In this document: in pieces, positions 32,815 through 43,090 of the stretch
Numbering within the stretch: the first letter of the stretch is position 1
Layout: every line of letters starts with the position of its first letter
DNA from: Bizionia hallyeonensis
GTDB lineage: Bacteria > Bacteroidota > Bacteroidia > Flavobacteriales > Flavobacteriaceae
Length of the DNA: 64,000 nucleotides
Assembly (NCBI RefSeq): GCF_042657385.1
Contig: NZ_JBHSLA010000001.1
Location: forward strand, 376,746 to 440,745
Direction of reading: 5' to 3'
Notes under the pieces: model-generated
What the model was told of the DNA's origin: nothing
What the model saw: the letters and a program-made list of their open reading frames with translations, nothing else
The model's database searches: none
Translations under genes and position numbers: made by a program

Positions 32815-33669
32815 TTGACATGGAACCTACAGACAATTCCGCGCGTAAAAACAATTACTAAAGCGGATTTTATAAAGCATTATTTTAAGCCGCAAAAACC
32901 TGTGGTTATTGAACAATTTATTGAAGATTGGCCAGCCTATACCAAATGGAATCTAGATTATATAAATCAGGTTGCAGGTGATAAAGTGGTACCGCTGTAT
33001 GATGACAGACCTGTAGATTATAAGGATGGTTTTAACGAACCGCATGCCAAAATGAAAATGAGCGAATACATTGATTTGCTTAAAAAAGAACCGACTAAAT
33101 ACCGCATTTTTCTTTGGAATATTTTAAAAGAGGTTCCGGAACTTCAAAATGATTTTTCCTATCCCGATTTTGGCTTAAAACTTATGAAAGCTATGCCTAT
33201 GCTGTTTTTTGGCGGCAAGGATTCACACACTTTTATGCATTATGATATTGATTTAGCCAATATATTTCACTTTCATTTTCAAGGCGAAAAGGAAATTATT
33301 TTATTCGATCAAAATCAGAATGAGTACCTCTACAAAATTCCTCACGCTTTAATAACACATGAAGCTATTGATTTTTCGAACCCTGATTTTGAAAAATGGC
33401 CAGCATTAAAGAATGCTAAAGGCTTTAAAACAAATTTGAAACATGGCGAAATTTTATACATGCCTGAAGGTTATTGGCATTATATGAAATACTTAACACC
33501 AGGTTTTTCTATGAGTCTGCGTGCCATTCCTCGAAATCCTAAAAATTTCGGAAAGGCAATCTATAATCTATTTATCATGCGAAATTTTGATAATTTAATG
33601 CGCCGAATACGCGGGCAAAAATGGATTAATTGGAAAAACGAACAAGCCGTAATTCGCACTAACAAATAG
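32815..33669 (+). CDS. JmjC/cupin-like domain protein (Cupin_8 family)
   Basis: FMHYDIDLANIFHFHFQGEKEIILF and the later ...MPEGYWHYM match the JmjC double-stranded beta-helix His/Asp...His pattern. Confidence 0.65.
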   Translation: MTWNLQTIPRVKTITKADFIKHYFKPQKPVVIEQFIEDWPAYTKWNLDYINQVAGDKVVPLYDDRPVDYKDGFNEPHAKMKMSEYIDLLKKEPTKYRIFLWNILKEVPELQNDFSYPDFGLKLMKAMPMLFFGGKDSHTFMHYDIDLANIFHFHFQGEKEIILFDQNQNEYLYKIPHALITHEAIDFSNPDFEKWPALKNAKGFKTNLKHGEILYMPEGYWHYMKYLTPGFSMSLRAIPRNPKNFGKAIYNLFIMRNFDNLMRRIRGQKWINWKNEQAVIRTNK

Positions 33670-33786
33670 AGTTATTTCACAATTGGTAAAGAGCCAATAA
33701 AGAGTTGTTCTTTAAAAATAATTTGCGCACTACACCTTTTATTTTAAATCAATTACAGCAACACTTCATTAAAATTATTAATATCT

Positions 33787-34347
33787 TTGCAAACTAATTT
33801 TAAAAATAATATCATGAAAAAATTACTGGTTGTTGCAGCTATTTTAACCGTTTCATTTGCAAATGCACAAGCATTTTCAGGTAAAGGTGACCAAAAATTT
33901 CAAGTAGGTGCTAATTTTCAATCACATGCTACAGGACTTAATGTAAGTTATGACTATGGATTAGGCGAAAATATTTCAGTTGGTATTAGCTCTAGCTATG
34001 CATTAGGTGTTTCTGGCGACTTACAGGATGGTGTAAAAGAACCAATAACAGGTATAACTTTAGTTGACAAAGCTGGTTTTGATGACCGTTTTGATTTAAA
34101 AGCGCGTTTTAATGCAAACATTGGAAACGTTTTAAAAATTGATGAGAATTTTGATTTATACCCAGGTTTAAGCTTTAGTATGAAGAATTTTGGTGGCCAT
34201 GTTGGCGCCCGTTATTTCTTTACTTCTGGTTTTGGTGTGTATACAGAAGCCCAATTTCCTATTGCTAAATATAAAGACAATTTAACGCCTGCTCAAGAAT
34301 TAAATAATCAGTTTTCTATGAATTTAGGAGCTGTTTTTAATCTTTAA
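33787..34347 (+). CDS. small outer-membrane beta-barrel protein
   Basis: Signal peptide ending ANAQA, alternating amphipathic beta strands, C-terminal aromatic ...GAVFNL. Confidence 0.5.
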   Translation: MQTNFKNNIMKKLLVVAAILTVSFANAQAFSGKGDQKFQVGANFQSHATGLNVSYDYGLGENISVGISSSYALGVSGDLQDGVKEPITGITLVDKAGFDDRFDLKARFNANIGNVLKIDENFDLYPGLSFSMKNFGGHVGARYFFTSGFGVYTEAQFPIAKYKDNLTPAQELNNQFSMNLGAVFNL

Positions 34348-34362
34348 TACGCATTAACATTA

Positions 34363-34404
34363 TATTAAAAAGCCTTTCAGTTTTAATTGAAAGGCTTTTT
34401 TTAT
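34363..34404. terminator. bidirectional rho-independent terminator between the convergent OMP gene and recX
   Basis: AAGCCTTTCA-gttttaat-TGAAAGGCTT flanked by A-run and T-run. Confidence 0.7.
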
Positions 34405-34886
34405 GGAATTAATTCAGCTGCTTTAGCATAAACCAAATGACTTTCCCAACCGCGATACAGCAAATAATCGGCTAGTTTTTTGCGTTTTTTCCATTTGTCT
34501 GTTTCCCTTTCAATGGACTTGAGTCTTTTTTCAGCAAGATCGTTAAACGTTTCCAAGTAATCGGACTCTGAAATTTCTTTCATGGCCAAATCGATATTGT
34601 ATTTACCAATATCCCGTTTTTTTAGCTCCTGTTTTAGGCGCTGCCGTCCCCATTTTTTAATATTAAATTTCCCACGTACATAACTTTGGGCAAAACGGGT
34701 TTCGTTTAAAAAATCATGTTTAAGCAGGTGCACAATAATAACATCAATGGCCTCTGGAATCATGCGCATGCTATACAATTTATTGGTAACTTCCTGATGG
34801 CAGCGCTCCTGATACGCACAATAACGCTCAATAGTACGCTTGGCTTCTTCAACAGTATAGGTTTTCACGTGATTCATAACAGGCAA
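34401..34886 (-). CDS. recX: recombination regulator RecX
   Basis: 161 aa. MPVMNHVKTYTVEEAKRTIERYCAYQERCHQEV... matches the RecX three-helix repeat family. Confidence 0.75.
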   Translation of the reverse strand: MPVMNHVKTYTVEEAKRTIERYCAYQERCHQEVTNKLYSMRMIPEAIDVIIVHLLKHDFLNETRFAQSYVRGKFNIKKWGRQRLKQELKKRDIGKYNIDLAMKEISESDYLETFNDLAEKRLKSIERETDKWKKRKKLADYLLYRGWESHLVYAKAAELIP

Positions 34887-34994
34887 GATAATAACAATTT
34901 GTTAATAATTAAGAAACCGTAAAACATTGTGTAATAATGGTTTTAACGTATATTTGATTCCTTAAATTATTTAAATAATAGCAAGATTACGTTT

Positions 34995-37900
34995 ATGAAA
35001 CATAAATACGCCCTCATATTTATTACTTTTTTGTGTGCTGTTTTGTCTGGGTTTGGGCAAGTGACTTTACATTCGGAAACATTTGAAGGGCTAATTAATG
35101 TTGGTTATTCATCCACTGGTGTATTTTCTGATGGATCAAAAGACTATTTCACTTTAATAGACAATGGATCTGACCCTTCAGGATTACCATCTTACACAAA
35201 TTTTGGAGGGGTCAAATTTTGGGCTGGTGAAGACACACAAGATGCCGGTAATCCAAATACGTCAGGGATATCGAATGTCAGTATTTCTTCAATTAATATT
35301 TCAGGTTATTCATCAATAAATATTTTAGGTTTATTTGGAGCTGGAAGTTCTTCCGCATTTGATAATGAAGATTATATCAGAATATATGCTCAAGTTGATG
35401 GCAGTGGTTACACATTGATTGGAGCTTTTGAAGGAACTGGCGGATTTAACACATCGTTAAATCAAGACACTAACCTTGATGGTACAGGTAATGGCACAGC
35501 TTTAACAACTGCATTTCAACAATTCTTATTTCCAATAGGCTCTACGGGTAGTAATTTAGATTTAAGAATCGATATTTTTATGACTTCTGGAGATGAAGCA
35601 GTTGCCTTTGATAACATTGAGGTTGAAGGTATTCTTTCCTGCACACCACCTGTAGATCCAAATGGAACAATTACAGGAACAACACCTGCTTGTACCAATA
35701 CAATATTAACCTATTCTGGAACAACAATACTAGGTACAATTGATTATTGGCAAACTACGGCCACGGGAACCTCAACGGCTAACAATGCCACAGGAACTTT
35801 TAATGCAACCGCCACTGGAACATATTATGTAAGAAGATTTTTAACAGCAACTTCTTGTTGGTCTGCAGGAACTGCAAGTTATGCTGTTGTAATAAATTCT
35901 GCACCAAGTATATCAACACAACCAGCTAATGCTACAAGAGTCATTCCTAACAACGCCACGTTTTCTGTAGCGGCAACAGGAACGCCTGCACCAACTTACC
36001 AATGGCAAGTCTCAACAAATGGCGGCACCACATGGACTAACGTAACAGGAGGCTCCGGCGCAACTACAAATACGTATACAACGGGAGCAACTTCGGCGCC
36101 AATGAATGGTAATCAATACCGATGTGTTGTTACTAATAGTTGTGGCGCTGTAACATCTGCTGCTAGAACTTTAACTCTTAGCAATAACTCTCCGACTAAT
36201 GCGCAAAATTTAACCGGTTGTTTTGAAGACACATCGGCTACTTTAACATGGAATAACCCTTCAACACCGCCAACTGGAGGATATATCATTTTTGCTTTAG
36301 AAGGAACTGTACAACCTTCAGCACCATCAAATAACGCAAATACATATACAGCTAATCCTAATTATAATGCTGCACCATTTGAAACACCACCTAGTTTAGG
36401 AAAAGTAATATATAAAGGAAATGGAACAACGGCAGCTTTAACAGGTTTAACCGAAGGCACAACATATTCTTTTAGAATTTTTGCTTACAATGGTGAAACT
36501 CTAACAGGTTGGTCCAATGGTGCTTCTGGTGGGAGTAATTTGGAAGATATTGCTCAAGGCGATGTGCGTAATTTAGTGGCTACACCTTTAACAAATCAAG
36601 TTAATTTGAGTTGGAATAACCCATTACCAACATCTTGTTTTGATCAATTAATCATTGTAGCAAATGCAGGTGCGGTTACATTTACACCTACTGGGACTTA
36701 TCCTAATATAGATGTAAATTATACAACACCAAGTACCATTTTATATTCAACCACAGCACCGGTGAGTTCAAAAGCAATGAATGGTTTAACCAATGGTACC
36801 AATTATTGTTTTAAAATATTTATTCGACGAGGTGCAACTTGGTCAGAAGGTGTTGAAGTTTGTGCGGTACCATCATTGACATATTGTAGTGCTAGTGGTA
36901 ATACATCCTACGATACAGGAATAACTGGTGTTACTTTCAATACTATTAATAATATAGGAACCTCTGCAAATAATGCTTACACCAACTACACAATGCAGTC
37001 TACGATTGTTACATTGGGTAACAATTACAATCTAGGTGTTGTTATAAATATTGATGGTGCAGTTGACGTTTACACGCGAGCATGGATTGATTGGAATCAA
37101 AATGGAAGCTTCAATGATTCGGGCGAACAATATGAATTGGGCATGGATACCAATACAAGCTCATCAATAGATTTAAATACGGCAACCGCTAATTCCCCAA
37201 TTAATATTGAAGTCCCAACCGACGCTGTTTTAGGAGCTACCAGAATGCGTGTGTTTACACAATATAATAATTTACCAACATCTTGCGCAACAGGCAATAG
37301 TGGCGAAGTAGAAGATTATACGATTAATGTGGTGCAACCTGTGAACGCAGAAATCAATATTAAAGGAAATAACATTTCTATTGCCAACGGATTTAATGCA
37401 CCTTATGGATTAAACAATACGTTGTTTGCTAGCACACCTTTAAACACAGATTCTGTTGAAAAAGAATTTACCATAGAAAATATTGGTTTAGCAAATTTAC
37501 TATTAACAGGTTCGCCTATTATTCAATTAGAAGGTACAAACCCAACAGACTTTATTGTAACGCAGCATGCAACATCACCAGTTGTGAATGGCACAAACAC
37601 AACTTTTAGAATTAAATTTCACCCAACCGTTGCCGGTACGAGAACAGCAAAAGTGAGAATTGAAAATAATGATTCTGATGAAAATCCTTATCTTTTCACC
37701 ATAGAAGGTGAAGGTAATTGTACAACTGCTCCAACTGTTGCTACTTTTCCAACATCTGGTCCAGCAAATACATTGGTGACTTTTACTTCAGCAACAAGCA
37801 ATCTTATAGGAGCCACAATTACATATAATAATATAGCAGTTCCTACTGTTTCTAATACATCAGACACTATAGAAGTATTGATTCCTTCAGATGCTAATGA

Positions 37901-40616
37901 TGGTAATTTTGTTATTCAACTAGCAACAGGTTGTAGTGCTACACAATTTTTCGATGTAATTGATACAGACCTTACTGCATGCGATACTGCAGTTGGTGGT
38001 GGTGATGCTACCGATTTAATTATCTACGAAGCGTATGATGAAAATGGCGGATCTGGTGGTGTAATAACCATATATAACAACACAGGAGCTTCTGTAAATT
38101 TAAGTGGGTATTCCATTCAAAGAGCTGGAGATTATGGAGGTACTTATTCAACTTATGCAAATTTAAGTGGTACACTTGCAGCAAATGCAGTCGCCATTAT
38201 TTCTGTATCTAGTTCATCTTGTGGTTACACACCTACAGGAAATGGAAGTTTAGGTTCGGCCGGTTTTAATGCAAATGATGGTTTGAGATTAATGAATGGT
38301 ACTACGGTTATTGATGATGTACATGCACCAAATTATGTAGGGTATTATTTAAAAAGAAAGAATACAAATTTTTATCCAAATACCACTTATACTGCTACCG
38401 AATGGACAGCTCAAAGTTTATCCGACGATGAATGTTTAGCAGGCGTTGGTACTGTACCGCTTGTTAAAGTGCCACCTGTGGTAATAACTCACCCACAATA
38501 TGTGGCAGATTGTTCAATAACGGGTACATCTTTAACAGTTGCAGGATCCGAAGGCGTTTCGGGTGGATTGGGACTTGCTTATCAATGGTATGTTTTAGGA
38601 ACTTCTGGTAACTGGACAGCTGTGTCAAATGGCGGAATATATTCCGGTTCTACAACGTCAACATTAGATATTTCGGATCTTGCTGGTTTAGACGATTATC
38701 AATATTATTGTCAAATTAGAGAAAACACTGCTACATGTTACGCAGCGAGTAATGCTGTAAAAATAGAATACATAGCTGCTGTTTGGGATGGCACAGCTTG
38801 GTCATCAACTCCTACCTCTAGTAAAATTGCGATTATAAATGGAGATTACGATACAAGTACAAATGTTAACGGAGAAACAAGTTTTGAGGCTTGTCAATTA
38901 TTTGTAGCTGCTGGAAGCCTGCTTACGGTTTCTGAAGGTGATTATGTTGAAGTTATAAACAGCGCTGTCGTTAATGGCGATGGAACAAATCTAGACGGTA
39001 TATTAGTTGAAGACAAAGGCAGTTTTGTACAAAGAGGCGAAGGTGTAAATGCTGGAACATATACGTTGAATACAAATGCTAGAACCCAAGTCAACAAGAA
39101 AACAGCTCCTTTGAATAATTATTATGAATACACCTATTGGAGTTCACCAGTTGCCAATGAAACTATTGAAAACGGATTGAATGATGCACACCCAACCAGA
39201 CGCTATTGGTATAATGGTAAAAACTATTTAGATGCTATGGCTGAAACCAATAACAACAATGGAACTGTTGCTGGACAAGATGATGTAGATGATAACGGTG
39301 ATGATTGGCAACCTACAAGCAATACTGATATTATGATTCCAGGTAAAGGCTATGCTGCTATGCACAGTCCATCGGGAATTATTGGTATAGGTATTAATTA
39401 TGAATACACGTTCAATGGCGCTTTAAATACAGGTGATTTTACGGTTCCTATTTACAGAAATGATTCTGAAATGGCTGATAACAACTGGAATTTTATTGGG
39501 AATCCATATCCATCCGCTATTGATGCCGATTTATTTCTTTCAGCAAATGCATTGATTGATCAGAATGTTACAGAGTATCCGCAACCAACTGGAGTAACGA
39601 ATGGTGCCATATTTTTATGGTCGCAAAATTCAGCACCATCAAATACCAATAACGGAAATGAGGCTTTAAATTTTGCACAATCGGATTATGCTGTAATAAA
39701 CGGCACCGGACAAACAGCTGGTGGTGATGGGGTTATGCCTAGCCGATTTATTCCTTCTGGACAAGGCTTTTTTATTACATTATCTAATGCCGCAACGGTT
39801 TCAACTGTTTCTGGAGACATAAAAACTGCAGATGTTATTTTTCAAAATAGTATGCGTGTTACAGGAAATAATAATCAATTTTTCAGGAACACAAATGAAA
39901 ATCAAAATGAAAAATTATGGCTTAATTTCACCTCAGACATGGGTGTTTTCAACCAAATTTTAATTGGCTATGTTGAAGGTGCAACCAATGGTAATGATGA
40001 TATGTATTTTGATGCTCCTAAAAACTTGTCTTCAGACTCCTATGTATATTTCTATTCGCTTATAGAAGAAGAATTGGAAGCAGATAAAGTAGCTATACAA
40101 GGAAAGGCGCCTGAAAGCTTAAACATGGATGAAATAATTCCGTTAGGTTTTAGTACAACCGTTAATCAAGCCACGATTTACACAATTAGTATTGCACAAT
40201 TTGAAGGTGATTTTTTAAGTATAAATACTATTTATTTAAAAGATCAATTATTAAATGTAATCCACAATTTATCGAATACGAATTATAATTTTACATCTAC
40301 TGTTGGCGAATTCAACGATCGTTTTGAAATTGTATTTAGAGATAGTACTTTATCGGTTGATGATTATGTAATTAGTAACATCAATTTATCTATTATTGAA
40401 TTGATGGATAATAACGTTAAATTTAGTATTGGGTCTAACCATGCAACCATTAAATCAGTTGAAATAATTGATATGTTGGGCAGAACCTTATACAAGTTTA
40501 AAGGGTCAACTAATACGGAGACTTATAATCTATCTAACTTAAGTAGTGCCACATATATTGCTAAAGTAACCTTGTCTAATAATCAAGTGTTAGTTAAGAA
40601 AGCGGTGAAGAAATAG
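34995..40616 (+). CDS. giant (1873 aa) T9SS-secreted multi-domain surface protein: Ig-like repeats, FN3, GEVED domain, lamin-tail domain and a T9SS C-terminal sorting domain
   Basis: Signal peptide. Two Ig-like repeats with the YQWQV...NGG.TW / Y.C.V.N..G signature. FN3-like block (TLTWNNPSTPPTGGY...YSFRIFAYNG). GEVED motif ATGNSGEVEDYTINV. LTD-like block LIIYEAYDENGGSGGVITIYNNTGASVNLSGYSIQ. C-terminal sorting domain ...IKSVEIIDMLGRTLYKF...VKKAVKK. Confidence 0.8.
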   Translation: MKHKYALIFITFLCAVLSGFGQVTLHSETFEGLINVGYSSTGVFSDGSKDYFTLIDNGSDPSGLPSYTNFGGVKFWAGEDTQDAGNPNTSGISNVSISSINISGYSSINILGLFGAGSSSAFDNEDYIRIYAQVDGSGYTLIGAFEGTGGFNTSLNQDTNLDGTGNGTALTTAFQQFLFPIGSTGSNLDLRIDIFMTSGDEAVAFDNIEVEGILSCTPPVDPNGTITGTTPACTNTILTYSGTTILGTIDYWQTTATGTSTANNATGTFNATATGTYYVRRFLTATSCWSAGTASYAVVINSAPSISTQPANATRVIPNNATFSVAATGTPAPTYQWQVSTNGGTTWTNVTGGSGATTNTYTTGATSAPMNGNQYRCVVTNSCGAVTSAARTLTLSNNSPTNAQNLTGCFEDTSATLTWNNPSTPPTGGYIIFALEGTVQPSAPSNNANTYTANPNYNAAPFETPPSLGKVIYKGNGTTAALTGLTEGTTYSFRIFAYNGETLTGWSNGASGGSNLEDIAQGDVRNLVATPLTNQVNLSWNNPLPTSCFDQLIIVANAGAVTFTPTGTYPNIDVNYTTPSTILYSTTAPVSSKAMNGLTNGTNYCFKIFIRRGATWSEGVEVCAVPSLTYCSASGNTSYDTGITGVTFNTINNIGTSANNAYTNYTMQSTIVTLGNNYNLGVVINIDGAVDVYTRAWIDWNQNGSFNDSGEQYELGMDTNTSSSIDLNTATANSPINIEVPTDAVLGATRMRVFTQYNNLPTSCATGNSGEVEDYTINVVQPVNAEINIKGNNISIANGFNAPYGLNNTLFASTPLNTDSVEKEFTIENIGLANLLLTGSPIIQLEGTNPTDFIVTQHATSPVVNGTNTTFRIKFHPTVAGTRTAKVRIENNDSDENPYLFTIEGEGNCTTAPTVATFPTSGPANTLVTFTSATSNLIGATITYNNIAVPTVSNTSDTIEVLIPSDANDGNFVIQLATGCSATQFFDVIDTDLTACDTAVGGGDATDLIIYEAYDENGGSGGVITIYNNTGASVNLSGYSIQRAGDYGGTYSTYANLSGTLAANAVAIISVSSSSCGYTPTGNGSLGSAGFNANDGLRLMNGTTVIDDVHAPNYVGYYLKRKNTNFYPNTTYTATEWTAQSLSDDECLAGVGTVPLVKVPPVVITHPQYVADCSITGTSLTVAGSEGVSGGLGLAYQWYVLGTSGNWTAVSNGGIYSGSTTSTLDISDLAGLDDYQYYCQIRENTATCYAASNAVKIEYIAAVWDGTAWSSTPTSSKIAIINGDYDTSTNVNGETSFEACQLFVAAGSLLTVSEGDYVEVINSAVVNGDGTNLDGILVEDKGSFVQRGEGVNAGTYTLNTNARTQVNKKTAPLNNYYEYTYWSSPVANETIENGLNDAHPTRRYWYNGKNYLDAMAETNNNNGTVAGQDDVDDNGDDWQPTSNTDIMIPGKGYAAMHSPSGIIGIGINYEYTFNGALNTGDFTVPIYRNDSEMADNNWNFIGNPYPSAIDADLFLSANALIDQNVTEYPQPTGVTNGAIFLWSQNSAPSNTNNGNEALNFAQSDYAVINGTGQTAGGDGVMPSRFIPSGQGFFITLSNAATVSTVSGDIKTADVIFQNSMRVTGNNNQFFRNTNENQNEKLWLNFTSDMGVFNQILIGYVEGATNGNDDMYFDAPKNLSSDSYVYFYSLIEEELEADKVAIQGKAPESLNMDEIIPLGFSTTVNQATIYTISIAQFEGDFLSINTIYLKDQLLNVIHNLSNTNYNFTSTVGEFNDRFEIVFRDSTLSVDDYVISNINLSIIELMDNNVKFSIGSNHATIKSVEIIDMLGRTLYKFKGSTNTETYNLSNLSSATYIAKVTLSNNQVLVKKAVKK

Positions 40617-40635
40617 AACCTTTTTTTAAAAGTAT

Positions 40636-40672
40636 AAAAGCGGTTGCGTTTAAAATTCAACCGCTTTTTTTA
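40636..40672. terminator. bidirectional terminator shared by the adhesin gene and the convergent TBDR gene
   Basis: AAGCGGTTG-cgtttaaaattc-CAACCGCTT followed by TTTTTT. The TBDR stop codon overlaps the T-tract. Confidence 0.7.
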
Positions 40673-43069
40673 TAGTGTATAGTGTAAAGACACCACAAAA
40701 TTTCTTCCAGGAGATGCAATTCCGGAGGAATAGGTTTTATACCGTTGATCCGTAATATTTTCCAATCCTGCTGTAACGGCAATACCGTCCTTAAATTGAT
40801 AATGCGTTCGGACATTCAAGGTGTACCACGAAGGTGAAAAAGGATTTCCATTGGAATCTTTGGCATATAAATAATCTTTAGCCTGTTCTGAAGGTGCTAA
40901 TTGTTGGTATGATAATTCGCCATTAAAGTTCACAAACCCATCAATTTTAAAACGTTGCTTTTGCCATACTACATGCGCATTACCAAAGCGTGGCGCAACA
41001 TGACGAATAGGAACTTCAATACGGTCGTCTTCTTCCGTACCTCCAATAATATTGTACTGTGATAAGAATTTAACCGATTTTGAAAAATTGATATTTAGTC
41101 CCACTTCAAAACCATAAATCCATGCTTTTGATGCATTTTGAATAGCTTGAACCGTACTCATTTCACCATCATATAAAATTTCAGATGCACCGTTTATGGT
41201 ATAATCTCTTCGAACTAAAGCATTATCTAGAAATGTGTAATACGTTGCTAAATCTAAAATTACCACATCACTAAAGTTTAAGAGTAAGCCCAATTCACCA
41301 CCATAAGCATATTCCGATTTCAAATTATTATTGGGCAGCACAACACTGCCTGGTTCAGAATCGAAAACCTTACCAATATCATCAACATTTGGCGCTCTAA
41401 AAGCGGTTGACGCATTCAATTTCCATTGTATCATGTTGCTAGGCATCCAGCTAATACCAGCTGTTCCCGTAAAGGCACCCGAATTAATTTCAGCTGTATT
41501 AAAAGGCAAGTTTAAATAGGCATTGTTTTCTGTGAAATCAGCTTTTGTTAAAACCTGATTATAGCGGATACCGGTTTGAAAAATAAGCTCGGAAGTCGGC
41601 TTGTATTTCAAACTCGTATAAGCAGCTAATGATTGCCAAGTAGCACCATCTGGATATCTAGAAACCGTTGGAATGCTAATTCCTGTGCTAATATCCTCTT
41701 CGTTACCACTAGAGTTTACCAAATTATACACATATTCGGCGCCATAAAAAAGGGCTGTTTTAGGGCTTAATTGTTTCTCCAAATCCAAGTTTGCCGAAAA
41801 AGCATTTACTTGCTCTTCCCTATTGTTTTTTATAACAGATTGAAAATCCCGATCATGACGACTTTCCTTAAAGTGTTGAAATGCAAATGTAGCTTGAGCT
41901 TTATCATATAACATAGATTTGCTATTGGACTGCGTAACTTGCAAATTACTCATAAACCATGCTTGCGGACCATAGTACCATTCGGCCGCTCTTAAGTTTC
42001 CATTTTTATATCGGATCAGTCTATCATAACGCGGATAATCTGACGTGGTAGAATAATAGGCTCCAAAATCTACAAGCAGGTCATCGTCAGCTTCAAACCG
42101 GACTTTTTGAATGGCATGAAATTGATTGAAACCAGTTGGTTTTTGAATTTTAGAATTTTCATTTATAATCACCTCATCTATACCGTTGACGGTTTGTACG
42201 TATTCCGGGCGTAAATAGTCTGTTGGGCCATGACTTCCCATTCGTAAATCGTCAAAATCACTATAACTAATACTGGTTAAAAACGCCCATTTTTTTAGTC
42301 CAAAATTAATATCTACATGACCTGTTTTTTCATTGTTGGCTGTTGCATATCGCGCTAAAGTATGACCTTTAATATAAATCTCATCTTTATAAGATAACTG
42401 TGGTTTTTTGGTATAGAAACCCATTACGCCTCCTATGGCATCACTACCATAAACTACAGAACCTGCTCCTAACGTAATTTCCGTGTTTTGAATACTTAAG
42501 GGATCTATAGAAATAACATTTTGAAGGTTTCCACCTCTAAAAATGGCATTATTCATCCGAACACCATCAACGGTAATTAAAAGTCTGTTAGTTGAAAATC
42601 CACGAATCATTGGGCTTCCACCTCCTAACTGACTTTTTTGAATATAGACATTTCCGGTTTCCTGCAGTAAATCAGCACTTGTTTGTGGGTTATCAAATTG
42701 GATTTCTTTAGCTGAAATATTGACAATCTTTTGAGGAATATCGCGTTTACTTTGCTCGAATTTTGAAGCTGAAATTACAACCTCATCTAGTCCAACACGA
42801 CCTTTTAATGTGATGACATTATTCTGAATTTGATTTTTGGGCAACTCTAAAAGATGGTAATTATCAGCTTGAAATTCTAGGATATCTTGACTAGAAAACG
42901 CATCCAAATGGGCCTCACCATTTAGATTTGTGATTACAGATTCAGTCGTATTTGAAATGATAACACCAGGAATTGGTAAGTTGGTATCTGTTTCTAAAAC
43001 TGTTATTTGCTGGGCTTGACTAAAAAACACGCAAAGCAAACACAAACTGAAAACAAATTGAACTTTCAT
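40670..43069 (-). CDS. TonB-dependent receptor with N-terminal CarbopepD_reg domain
   Basis: Signal peptide. ITVLETDTNLPIPGVIISN (CarbopepD_reg). Plug DEVVISASKFEQSKRDIPQKIVNISAKEI. 799 aa. Confidence 0.8.
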   Translation of the reverse strand: MKVQFVFSLCLLCVFFSQAQQITVLETDTNLPIPGVIISNTTESVITNLNGEAHLDAFSSQDILEFQADNYHLLELPKNQIQNNVITLKGRVGLDEVVISASKFEQSKRDIPQKIVNISAKEIQFDNPQTSADLLQETGNVYIQKSQLGGGSPMIRGFSTNRLLITVDGVRMNNAIFRGGNLQNVISIDPLSIQNTEITLGAGSVVYGSDAIGGVMGFYTKKPQLSYKDEIYIKGHTLARYATANNEKTGHVDINFGLKKWAFLTSISYSDFDDLRMGSHGPTDYLRPEYVQTVNGIDEVIINENSKIQKPTGFNQFHAIQKVRFEADDDLLVDFGAYYSTTSDYPRYDRLIRYKNGNLRAAEWYYGPQAWFMSNLQVTQSNSKSMLYDKAQATFAFQHFKESRHDRDFQSVIKNNREEQVNAFSANLDLEKQLSPKTALFYGAEYVYNLVNSSGNEEDISTGISIPTVSRYPDGATWQSLAAYTSLKYKPTSELIFQTGIRYNQVLTKADFTENNAYLNLPFNTAEINSGAFTGTAGISWMPSNMIQWKLNASTAFRAPNVDDIGKVFDSEPGSVVLPNNNLKSEYAYGGELGLLLNFSDVVILDLATYYTFLDNALVRRDYTINGASEILYDGEMSTVQAIQNASKAWIYGFEVGLNINFSKSVKFLSQYNIIGGTEEDDRIEVPIRHVAPRFGNAHVVWQKQRFKIDGFVNFNGELSYQQLAPSEQAKDYLYAKDSNGNPFSPSWYTLNVRTHYQFKDGIAVTAGLENITDQRYKTYSSGIASPGRNFVVSLHYTL

Positions 43070-43090
43070 AAAATGAGGGTTAATTGGTAT

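Noticed and set aside
34716-37297. ORFs 34716..34922, 35516..35698, 37097..37297 overlapping recX and the adhesin gene
   Set aside because: Shadow ORFs.
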